Under the pieces are notes generated by a model, which made no database searches, was not told the origin of the DNA, and was given only the letters and a program-made list of their open reading frames with translations. Of a stretch of DNA of 64,000 bases, positions 11,606 through 23,000 are shown piece after piece. The position numbers and the translations under genes were made by a program. The stretch's first letter is position 1. Each line of letters opens with the position of its first letter. The DNA is from Geosiphon pyriformis uo1 (taxonomy: Eukaryota > Fungi > Glomeromycota). The stretch is from contig JAAOMT010000372.1 in NCBI GenBank assembly GCA_016748015.1, positions 1 to 64,000 on the forward strand. The letters run 5' to 3'.

Positions 11606-14600
11606 TCAGTTCTGTGTGTTAAGAGCTATATTAACTGGAACTGTGAATCGTCCAGTTGAACCAAAACCTTGGGTTTCTTTATCGCTTTTTCCTAATTGTT
11701 CTCTTTGATTGACTAGTTGCAAACCTGAAATGTTGATTAAGGGTAGGCAAATAGCTTGGGCAATTTTTTCAGCATGTTCAATCTTGAATGGTTTGTCAGT
11801 TTCATTTTGAAGCATCACTGTTATGTCTCCAGTATATCTAGTATTGATTATTTCTCCTCTGACATTGATTTCTTTGCTTGCCAGAGAGGACCGAGAGGCA
11901 ATTTGAACCATTGCTCCTGGTGGGATTTCGAGTGCAATTTTGAGGTTGATTTTTGTGAGAGATTTGGGTTTGAGAACAAGAGTATCCTTGCCTGGATATC
12001 TTAGGTCATATCCAGCATCAATTTCGTGTGCTTTTTCAGGTTTTATTCCTTGTTCATTGTTGTTGAAGTATTTAAGTTGTAAAGCAGACTGATTTTCGAT
12101 AAGGTAGATGGGTGTTGTTTCAATTTCTTCTGTTTCTTCAGGTTTTCTAAATTCAATTTCATTCTCATCATTTTCGCTGGGCAAGGGGATACTAAGAGCA
12201 TAGCATTCGGGACACCATTGTTCATTGCAAGGCATAATGCATTCTTCACATAGCCTAATGTTCATTTGCTCTAATTGTTGAATTTGAGCTTCTTGGGTCA
12301 GGTAGGTGTGACTTGCAATTTGCTAATAGACTTCTACTTCATCTTCATAATCGAATCCAGCTAATTCCATAGTGTATTCAATGTATTCTGCTTCCTTCAT
12401 CTAATGAAAATCTTCTTTGGTAGCTCCATTAATTAATGCCATTGCTAAGTTAAAAATCATTTCGGCATCATGAGGGTAGTGATAAAGTTTGTTAAGAGCA
12501 CTGTTGTATGTTGCATTAAAGGGTGTTCCTCTTTTTACTTTTTCTGAAATTGATAAGACATATTGGCAGATCTGATTGCAGACACCTTCTCTCATTGCTA
12601 CATCAATCCAATTGCATTCTTCCGGTAGCATATCTCCACAAGTCAAACAAGCAGTGTTGTCCCATTTTTCGCTCCTTTTTATTAGATGGCCCCATTGCTC
12701 TCTGTGACAAGCCTTGCAGTAATAACAAGTATGATTTTCATATTCTTCTTCAGGTGAAATGCAGGCTCCCATTGACGATAGTTTCTTGTGGCAGTCCTTA
12801 CATTTAAGGGGAATATAGGGGCGTTGTTTTCTTGGTTCGGTTTTGAGTAAGGTATATTCCATCCAGAGGTTTCGGGTTTAGTGTGTGGGGTAAAATGTTC
12901 TTGTTCTGTTTCATCAGCCCAGTTGAACATTAATCCAAGAGCCATGAATGTTTCAATTATTGGTTTTTTTTCTTTTGGTTCAAATTCAAAAGCCGGGGCT
13001 TTTTCAGAGCATTTGTTGAATGTACCACAAATGGCAGATACCCGGGCGTGTTGTCCTTGGTAGGAGATTGTTAACTCTTGTGTTTCCCAATTCAGATTAG
13101 CATTGGCTTTTTGAAGCCAATCATTTCTGACGAGAGCTTGGTACTGGGGTGCGTCCATTACAAGAACTTTGACTGGAATGGTGATTCTATCAAGAGTGAA
13201 TGGAAAATTGTTAATTTCTCCTACTGGTGTCTTTTTCATGCTATCGGCAGTGACAATTACTGTTTGAGCTGGTCAGTCGACATTTCTTTTCAACTGTTGC
13301 ATTAACTGGTAGGTAATAATGCTTCCGGCGGATCCACTGTTTAGGATCAAGCGAATTGGCTTTCCTTCTACTTCAGCTTCTGCGTACATTGCAGTGATGG
13401 CTTTTTGCTTATTAGCCGCTGCATTGCTAAGCAAGAATGGTGATTCATTTGTTTCAAATTCAAAAGGAAAGATATCAGAGAGATTGGCGTTTTCAGCAAT
13501 TCGGGCTGGTGGAATAGTAGTGTGGTTATGAGAAGGGTTTCGTTGTTGNNNNNNNNNNNNNNNNNNNNNNNNNNNNNNNNNNNNNNNNNNNNNNNNNNNN
13601 NNNNNNNNNNNNNNNNNNNNNNNNNNNNNNNNNNNNNNNNNNNNNNNNNNNNNNNNNNNNNNNNNNNNNNNNNNNNNNNNNNNNNNNNNNNNNNNNNNNN
13701 NNNNNNNNNNNNNNNNNNNNNNNNNNNNNNNNNNNNNNNNNNNNNNNNNNNNNNNNNNNNNNNNNNNNNNNNNNNNNNNNNNNNNNNNNNNNNNNNNNNN
13801 NNNNNNNNNNNNNNNNNNNNNNNNNNNNNNNNNNNNNNNNNNNNNNNNNNNNNNNNNNNNNNNNNNNNNNNNNNNNNNNNNNNNNNNNNNNNACTGTGAA
13901 TAGTGTACTAAATTATTGTAAAGGTTGTTTCTAACTTCTGAGATATTATAATTTCCAAAAAGATAATTGTTGATGCGGTTTTCAATGTATTGGTATACTG
14001 ATTTCTTGACAACTTCAATTCCGTCTGGAATGTTGAATCTTTGCTTGCAGTGGGTATAAATTNNNNNNNNNNNNNNNNNNNNNNNNNNNNNNNNNNNNNN
14101 NNNNNNNNNNNNNNNNNNNNNNNNNNNNNNNNNNNNNNNNNNNNNNNNNNNNNNNNNNNNNNNNNNNNNNNNNNNNNNNNNNNNNNNNNNNNNNNNNNNN
14201 NNNNNNNNNNNNNNNNNNNNNNNNNNNNNNNNNNNNNNNNNNNNNNNNNNNNNNNNNNNNNNNNNNNNNNNNNNNNNNNNNNNNNNNNNNNNNNNNNNNN
14301 NNNNNNNNNNNNNNNNNNNNCTCCTGCTGTTCCTTTGAGAAAGTAGGGAATTGTTCTTAACATTCTGGCAGCATTCCATTCATTTGCATCTCCAGCTTTA
14401 GTAACTTGGTCAAGCCATTCTTGGGGACTGGTCTCAATATCTTCTCCATTGAATTCAGGGATTTTTGCGATGTATGTTGTCATTTCGTTTTCTTCATTTT
14501 CACTGTCTATTGATTCTTCTTCGGTTATTTCAGAGTTGTTTTCTTCGTTTGCTGCTGTCTTAGAGTGTTCACTTTGATTTTCAGCTAGAAAATCAAGGAG

Positions 14601-15215
14601 ATTGGAACTAGTTTGAAGGGGTTTTTGTTGTTTGGTAGAACTTCTGAGTGATGTAAAATCTTCTGGTCTTGCAAATCGATTCAAGGGTGAATTAGGTGTT
14701 TGTGCTTGTACAAGTAAAGCTGGAAAAGGTGTGATAGTAAGTGGAAGTTTTGAACTGGTTCCTTGTTCAGGTGTTTGTAAATGTTTGGCAGTTGTTTTCG
14801 GTAGTATTGGAGTATTTGGAGTGGTTTTTGAATATTGCTTTAATTTGTTTTTGTTTTTGTTACTTGTTTCTGTTTCCGATTCAAAATCAATGGTGTATTG
14901 AGACTGCACTGGATATGTTTCTTCACAGTATTTGATAATGTTAAAATTAAGTTTGTGAAAGTAAGTGGCAAGTATTTTACTATTAAGGTCTTCAGTTCCC
15001 AACTGTGAATAGTGTACTAAATTATTGTAAAGGTTGTTTCTAACTTCTGAGATATTATAATTTCCAAAAAGATAATTGTTGATGCGGTTTTCAATGTATT
15101 GGTATACTGATTTCTTGACAACTTCAATTCCGTCTGGAATGTTGAATCTTTGCTTGCAGTGGGTGTAAATTGATTGGTAATACTCTAGAGTTGTTGCGTC
15201 TGATGTGATCGCCAC
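11606..15215 (-). pseudogene. Element A gag-protease-Cys-rich-dUTPase ORF (GUG start at 15215)
   Basis: Capsid-like MTTYIAKIPEFNGED..PQEWL; protease LILNSGSAGS (D>N); CKDC/CKAC/CLTC/CEEC/CPEC; dUTPase motifs DAGYDL, ASRSS, IAQ, QGFGSTG. Confidence 0.9.
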
Positions 15216-15240
15216 TTTGAATTTGTTTTTGCTGTGTTAT

Positions 15241-15258
15241 TTCTGTGAGAGAGCACCA
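15241..15258 (-). promoter_or_regulatory. Primer-binding site of element A (TGGTGCTCTC...)
   Basis: Lies 2 nt after the 5' LTR and is complementary to a tRNA 3' end ...GAGAGCACCA. tRNA identity not determined. Confidence 0.8.
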
Positions 15259-15260
15259 AA

Positions 15261-16241
15261 TGTTACCAGAGGTTTTTGGTCTCTTTTCTGTAATGTTGTT
15301 GATACTTATTTGCTGTGAATTCACGTTTTCTGGATGTGATTGAACCTCCAGTAATTGAATTTATCTTCAAATTATCTCCTATAATTTGAACTTGCTGAGC
15401 TTATGAATGGAATGGCCAATTCCATGCCAGTTGCTTTATGTAGTTATATTGTAGTAAACGTCAACTCTTTCCCAGGAATTGCTCATCTGGAAGCTCACTA
15501 AAAAATGTGTAGTTACTTTGCTGTGAAAGTCAACTCTTCTACAGGAATCTTGTCTGTAGGCTATCCTAATGATTGTAATAAGAAAAGAAAGAAAAATAAA
15601 AGAAGTGTAAAAGAAATAGGATCTTATCAAGGGAAACATTTTCTATCCAGGCCTGGAGTCACTAACAGTTTACTGAAATTGGTAGCTAATCAATTTCGAA
15701 ATGATAGTTGGGTTTTGGGGATTTTCTAAGTACAATAATTAAAGAATTTGGTTTTTCAAATTATTTGATATTTATTTCTTTTTGTGTGTATAAGAACGGT
15801 TTTAAGAGATAAATCTAAAATAAGATACATTTTCTCGAAGAGAGAAGCTCTTCTTTTATACAACTTGTCGTAACACTATTCTATGAACTCGAACTTTGCT
15901 ATTTTCTACAATTTCGCTGAACTAAAGATACATTTCGGCAAACTATAAGTTATTTCGGCAAACTATTAGATATTTTGGTGAACTATCAATTATTTCGGCG
16001 AATTTCTACAAATTTCGGTGAACTTTTTGAATGTTACATAGTTCGGGGTATTGCATGATTGATCATTGCAATTAGGTTACATTGGTGTTGTGTACAATTT
16101 GAGTTATTAATTAAATGATAATTTCGGATATTTTTGCTAATATAATAAATGATCATTTAAAACGATAATATATGCTAATTAATGATAGGAATTATAAGAT
16201 AATTTCATGCTAAATAATATCTCTAATTTCATCTGGTAACA
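15261..16241 (-). repeat. 5' LTR of element A
   Basis: Direct repeat of 10517-11497, followed by the PBS. Confidence 0.95.
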
Positions 16242-16489
16242 TCGGCTGGAATGGTTAGATTATTGGGTGTTGCCAATATATTTGGTATTAGTTTTGGGTT
16301 TCATAAATTTTGTTTGTTTTTTCTGAGTACTGAGAACATGATATCTGTTCATATAGGTGTCTAGTGTTGTCTTGATTGGCCTAAATGACTGGTCACATAT
16401 AGCAAATACATGATTCGCACCTAGTTTAAATCATTAATGTAATGTATAATACTAGACCACATTTGGACTTCACTTATTAAATAATAATA

Positions 16490-18069
16490 ATAAAAATTAA
16501 AATTAAAAAATTAAAATTAAAAAGCCAAAAAAACAATAATTTTTATATAATTTTATATTAATAAAACAAATTTCAAAATCTTTAAAATTGATTACAGACT
16601 TAAATAAAAATTTTAATAAATAAAATAAAATATTTTTTAATTTAAAACTAAATAATCTAAATTTCAATATTTAAAATATTAATCTTAATAATATTAATAT
16701 TTAAGTTTTAACTTATTTTAATTGTTATATAAAATTAAAAAACCAAAAAATAAAACAAGTATAATTATATATTTAATAATCTAATTTGTTAATTTAAAAA
16801 TTAAAAATTATTATTAATAATAATTAGTTAATATTAAAATAATTAAAAATAATATGAAAATACATAATAAGTAACAAAAAAAATTTTTTTATAACAATTT
16901 TTTTACATATTTATATTTTTATATATTAAAAAAAAATTTAAATTTTATATTTATAACTAAATTAGATTAGTTATAACTTTTATTTTAATATTATTTTTAT
17001 TAGCTTTAATATTTAAAAAGCTTTTTTTAAAATAAAAACAAATAAAAAGTTAAATCAATTTTTAATTATTGTTAATTTTAGCTTTAATAAAAGTTTTTTT
17101 TTTATATAAAATTTTTTTAAAACAATTAACTAAAATTAGTTTTAATATAATAATTATTATTATAAAAAATTTAAAAATCTTTAATAACAAACTAATAATA
17201 AAGCTATTATTTTTTCACAATTTTTTATTTATTTGCTTAAATAATTAAAAAAATCAAAATATTAATTATTTTTTGATTTTTAACTATCAATTTTTTAAGA
17301 TATTAAAAAAAATTATTTTTCTTAATATTTTTTAAAATATCACTTTTAATTTGAAGTTAAATATTGGTTTTATTTAGTTTCTTTAATGTTTATATTAATT
17401 TTATTATAATTATATTAATTATAAACAATAATATTCTTTTTTATATAGAAAATAACAATAATAATATATATATATTAAAACTAGTTTAACTAAATTACTT
17501 AATATATTAAATTTTAATTAATTTTTGTTAATTTTAAAAATAAAACAAATTATGATTTTTTATGTAATTTTACTTAATTAACTTATTAAATTATTTAATT
17601 TTAAAAATTAATTAAATAAAAAACTAAAGCACTTTTTTTTGTTTTTTGAAAATATTATTTTTAATAATAATTAAAAATTAAATAAAATTTTTTGAGTAAA
17701 TAGTTTTTATTCTAATATTTAATAAATTTGTTAAGATTAAATTGGTTTATGTTTTAGTTTTTACATAATTTTTTTAATTTAAAATCAGTTATTAAAAACA
17801 ATATTAAGTTTTTTGATATAAAATTTGTTCAAAATATTTGATAATTATATTTATTACTATTATTAACAAGAATAATTTAAATATAAAAAACAAAATAAAA
17901 AATATGACAATATATTTTATTTTATTTGTAAATAATTACTATTAAAAAATATAATAAATTAATATTTTAATAAAAAAAAATTTGTAATTAAATTTGTTAA
18001 TATATATTTTTAATTTCAAAAAAATAAAAAAAAAATTTATTTTAAACAATATATAATAGTATTTTTAAT
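16490..18069. other. Extremely AT-rich, CpG-free tract
   Basis: No ORFs; almost entirely A/T. Confidence 0.8.
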
Positions 18070-18214
18070 AAACTATATTACTTCTTTCTTTTCTTTGTTC
18101 CAAATTCCTGAAAAAAAGTCAAAATTTTGAAAGAAGTTTTTCTGTTTTTTTTATATACTGTCTTCCATCATTTCACAAGAAACAAACCCTTTTATTGTCA
18201 GTCCAGCTGCCACT

Positions 18215-20059
18215 ATGAGTGGCCCTAGTGTTAAGAGAAGGTCAGCCAGAGTTTCGACTACTGGTTCAATTAGTGGTGGTTCAGGTTATAAAATTAAGAA
18301 ACTCCCCAGTAGTACTAAGCTCTCAAGTAGTGGTGCAACTCTCAAAAGTGGTGGGTCTGGTCATGTAGTTGGGCAGTTTAATGGCATAGATACTAATGGA
18401 GAAGCTTCTGAAGGTGAAAAAGTACCTGATTCCAGAATGAATATGCCTCAAGCCAAGCGTTTCAATAATAGTGCAACTGTCGGCTCCCCTCTCGGCTCTA
18501 TTAATTATAACATGGAGAAAGAAGAGGAAGTTTCCCTTTCCCTCCATAAGTCTTTCTCTTTGGATAAAGTGTGGGTGGATCCCAAAATCATTAAAACTCA
18601 AGTGGAAGTCGCCGTAAAAAAATCATTTGCTTTGGACATTAATCTTTCGGCTGTAGAAAAGAAATTGGCAATGGCCAAAACTCAGGTCATAAGAAAATTA
18701 TTTTCAGGAATCAATGGTTTTGGGGGGGCCACTACCCCCTCAAAATTTGAAGGGATCATCAGATTTACATTCACGTCTAAAGAAAGCATGAAAAGAGCTG
18801 TATCATTGGCTAAGGAAAAGAGGATCATCATAAACAGCGATCTCAAAAGACAAGGAATTCGCTCAGATCGGGCTGTAATAATCAAGGAAATTCTCATGGA
18901 TATGCCTAAGGACATGATTATCACCGCAGTAGCTGAATTTGGAGAAATTAAGTCGATCCATGTACAACTGGTTGGGCTATGGCAGAAAGCTGTGGTTGAG
19001 TTTGCCAAATTAGAACAGGCAGTGCAATTGGCTTCTAAGTAGTCGTTTTTAATTGGGAAAAATTTGGTGCATGTAACTATGGCTGTGGGAGATCGCAAGA
19101 CTTGGGCTTCTAAAGATTGGTTCAAAGCACTGTTGTTTACTTTGCCAGTGGAAATGACAGTTCATGATCTTGGCAATCTGTTAAAAGAGACTGATAGGAA
19201 AACTTGCATTATCAATCAGTCATTTGAAATGGGCAATAGGGTTTGCTGTGCTGTGGTTGGTTTTGATTTTAAGGAGAAGCTGGAAGCTGCTTTTCACATG
19301 AAACCAATTTTTGGCAGTATGAGACTTTCTTGGGCTAGGTTAGGCTTGGTTCAGTGTGAAAAGTGTGGGAGATTTGGACACTTAGCCTTGGAATACGATG
19401 CTTCTGATGTTTCTGTTCCTGCACTTTCTATTGCTTTGAAAAAAGGAAGACATGTTTTCAGTGCGGATCACTTTCATTTAGCCAAGTTATATGCAAAAAA
19501 AAATGTTCTTATCTCTCACTCTGCTGCCTTTGGTGGCAAATCTTGGGCTCAGGTGGTCTCTTTTGCTTCCTCTGCTGGTGGCTCTTCCTCTGGTTTTGGT
19601 TTTGGCTTCTCTTTGTTAGATGCTTTGGGTTTGGTTGGTGGTGCTCCCTTTTCCCCAATTGATGTGTCTCCCTTGGATGCTCGGTTGGCATTTTTGGAGC
19701 GCTCTCTTGAACTTTTGGCTGACCAGGTTTCTGGTATTCTTAGGAAATTGAATTTTGTTGAATTGGTGCTCATGGTGCCATCTTCTGATACTCTTTTTTT
19801 GGTTGGCTCTGTACTTGTGGCTTCTGTTTTGGACTCGAATATGGTTTTGGATGGTGCATTGATGTCACTCTCTTTTCCTTCCTCAAATGCTGAGTTGAAT
19901 GCAGATTTCAGTTCAAATAGTTCAAAGGTTCTGACCACCAAAGTGGGTAACTTGAAGTCTAAAATGTTGGCTTTGAAGGCTTCAGTCGGTTCTGTTTTGG
20001 TGAGATTGGATCTTTTGTGTTCTGATTCGGGTTTTTTTTTACTGCTTTCATCCCAATGA
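18215..20059 (+). pseudogene. LINE-2 ORF1 (RRM-like, Zn knuckle CEKCGRFGH, coiled coil); one TGG>TAG stop at 19040
   Basis: ORFs 18215-19042 and 19064-20059 are in the same frame. Confidence 0.88.
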
Positions 20060-23000
20060 GTGGTCTGGTTTAGAAATTTGCTACATGTAATGTTTGTAGA
20101 ATCAATGTCCCTGCCAAGCAGGAGGATATTGTACATTGGCATTGCGATTCTGGCAATTTGGTCTCATTCGTCATGGAAACAAAGTTGAGGTCTTCTACTA
20201 GGCCATGAATTGCAGATAAGTTCAACAGAGTGCAAATTTTTTCTTTGGGATTGGATAAGGATTTCGTTGGTACTAGGGTTGCAATTATTATGAACAGTTT
20301 ATTGGCTCAACATGTTTCTAAGATTGAAAAGATCCCTGGTTGAGTTATTTTGGTGCATCTTTTGTTTAAAGGCAAGCTTTTGGTGACTGTACTTGGTTTG
20401 TATGCTGGCGCATCTCCAGGCGTTCATTTTAGGCAGGTGTCTGAGGTTAATTTATTCATTGCTAAGACTGTTAATGCCAGCAATTTTGTTGTCTTGGGTG
20501 GAGATTTTAACGAAAATGAATCTGGGAGGAGTGCAAGTTATGGGTTTTGCTTGGGTCTTGGTTTGGTCAATTTGCTTGCTGGCCATCAGTTGGAAAAGGC
20601 TTCTACGTAGAACAACTTGAGAGGGATAGAAAAAACTATTGATTACATTTTGGTTAGTGATAATCTGTCTTCTGCTGTTGCTAAGCATTAGGTTGGGTCA
20701 GTCTCAGAATTTTTTGATACAGACCACAAGGCTGTCATGGTGTCAGTTGGTCTGGGCAGACTTTTGGATGTTTAATTGAATAGTTTGCATAAGCAGGCTA
20801 ACAAGAATTGTTGGAAGTTCAAGGTCAAGGATGCAAATGCTTCCAAGTGGTCTGAGTTTAGGGATTGTGTTTCAGCTAAGCTTCTGTTGATCAAGGACTT
20901 CTTCTTTGATGCCAAAGCTGGTAGTGATTTGGATACCATGTGGGCAATTTTAGGAAAAGTGATGGTTGAGTCTGCTGATGAGATTTTTTCCAGACAATGG
21001 TTTAGTGAATTTTAATGTTCTAGAAATAAGCATTCTTCAAAGTTCTTTGGGTTGGAGTTACTCGTTGCCAAGATTGTTGGTGTGGTTCGCACTGGTAATG
21101 TGCTTGAAGTTGATCATCTTGTGAGGAAATGGTTTACTTTGGATGAGACCAAAGCTTGTGCATTCTCTGATTTGGTTAGATTGGATGTAAGTAGTATGGT
21201 TCTTCTTAAGTACCTGTTATCAAGTTGCAAAAAATACAGGAAGTCGAAGATGTTTGAATTGAGGTTGGCTGAGGAAGCTTCTATTAGGAGAGCTGTAGAG
21301 AAACGCATCGAGAGTTTTGCTTCTAATAAAAGGGGCATGATAAGGAGTGTATTGAATCAGCCTTTTTATAAGGTAATTCTTGATCATTTGGTTGTTGATG
21401 ATGGTTTGGTTCTGAAATCTGTGGAGGTGAAGTCTAAGGTGGACAAGATTATGGTAGGATAGACGAGGAAGCAGGTGGTGTCTACAGTAGTGTCTGAACT
21501 CTGGGCTTGCCAATATGCACCTCTGAATCATGTACGAGATGACGCTTTTTCTGGGGTAATATGTGAAATTGGTTTGGGTAAGCTGTTCTCAGTTGTTGGG
21601 GGTCTGCTTGATGACAAGGCTGCTGGCTTATCTGGCATTCCTAATGAGCTGTGGAAGCATGGTGGTGATGCAGTGTTGGATTGCCTTCTGGAGCTGTTGA
21701 ATACGTGTCTGGTTGTTGAGGGTGTGTCTACTTTGTGGAGGAGAGCATGGGTTTCGATGATTCCAAAACCTTATGACTGGGATGGGGTTCTTACAAACAC
21801 TCGGCCTATTGTACTGATCAAGACTGCCAGGAAAATTTTCTCCAAGGTTCTTTCTAACAGGATTTTGTTAGCTTGTAACAAGTTTGGTGTTCTGTGTGGT
21901 AATAATTTTTCTGTTTTAAAGGGTATGTCTATCCAGTCTCCAGTGTTTGCTGTTAGCTTGGTAGTTGAGGATGCTTTGGAAAAGAATTAAGAACTTTGGT
22001 TAGTGTTGTAGGATATGAGTAAAGTGTATGACTCAGTTGGATGGTACCACTTGGAAGCGAGCTTGAAGTGCATCAAGATGTGCAGTAGGTTCATTAGTTT
22101 CTTTAGTGGCATACACAATGATAGGGTTAATAGGGTCATGATGGATTTTGGTCTGTCAGATGGCTATTGTGTGCACAATAGTTTGAATCAAGATGAGGTT
22201 TTCTCCCCTCTTCTTTGGAAAATCTTCTATGATCCGCTATTGTGTAAAGTCAAACAGCATGAACATTTGTGTAAATACAGGATTGACACTAAGTTTGTGG
22301 CGAGGACTGGCAGAATCGAGAGTAGTGGTAAGATGTCCTCTTTTTTTGCTGCTGGTGCTTTTGTGGATGATACAATTTGGATAGGAGATTGCCAGACTTC
22401 CACACAGTATGCTCTTAATATTGCTAGTGAATTTTTTTTTATCAATGATATTTCAATTAATAATGAGAAGACGGTGACCATTCTGATTAATCAGGATTTC
22501 AAGGTTGCTTCATTAAGTATTAGTGGTCAGCCAATCTCTATAGCAAAAAAGAGTGAGGCTTACAGGTATTTGGATATCTTTTTGTCAACTGAAGGGTTGT
22601 CCAAACCTAGTTTGGCCAAGACACACTCGGATGTCCGTTTTTTTACCAATGTAGTATTCAGGAAAGCCATTACAGACAAGCAGTTTTCTTATTTGGTCTC
22701 AGCTGTTTTGCAGTCAATTATTAGTTACAGAACACAGTTTAGTTTTGTCTCCTCTGGTATATGCCGCAAGTGGGATGTTTTGGTAAGAAAGAGTCTCAGG
22801 TCTAAGACTTGCTTGCCTCGTGACTTCCCAAATGAAGCTTTGCATCATCTTTCTCTTTATGGCTTAAAGTCTTTCAATCAGATACAGTCTGAAAGCAAGG
22901 TGGCTGCTGTAATCTCTTTTTCGAATGCTTTAGGTATTTTTGGTTGGTTGTTTCTCTATCACTTCTTGGATTTGCAGATTCTTGAGTGGATGCCCTTGAA

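Larger units (their letters stand above)
10517..16241 (-). mobile_element. LTR element A: Ty3/gypsy, same family as C, internally deleted (gag-PR-Cys-rich-dUTPase only), TSD TCGG
   Basis: 981-bp LTRs with TGTTACC...GGTAACA ends. TCGG at 10513-16 and 16242-45 restores the LINE reading frame. PBS and PPT present. Contains two N gaps. Confidence 0.95.
4027..16490 (+). mobile_element. LINE-1: non-LTR retrotransposon (ORF1 + APE-RT-RNaseH-CCHC ORF2), degenerate, split by LTR element A at 10516/16242
   Basis: The 5' end (cttc...ccaaattcct.aaaaaaagtcaaa..ttttgaaagaagtttt) matches LINE-2. ORF2 resumes after element A as ..PVVLS|AGMVRLLG.., ends at TAG 16362-64, and is followed by a 3'UTR homologous to LINE-2 and a decayed A-rich tail. 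The 3' boundary is approximate. Confidence 0.9.

Noticed and set aside
13893-14062. Apparent internal duplication of the gag N-terminus in element A (copy of 15002-15171)
   Set aside because: A 170-bp island between two N gaps, differing by one G>A. It is most likely a mis-scaffolded fragment of another family copy, not a real duplication.
19509-20142. Long antisense ORFs over the LINEs (e.g. 19549-20142, 24297-24803)
   Set aside because: They are shadows of T/G-rich sense coding sequence and are not conserved between the two LINEs.
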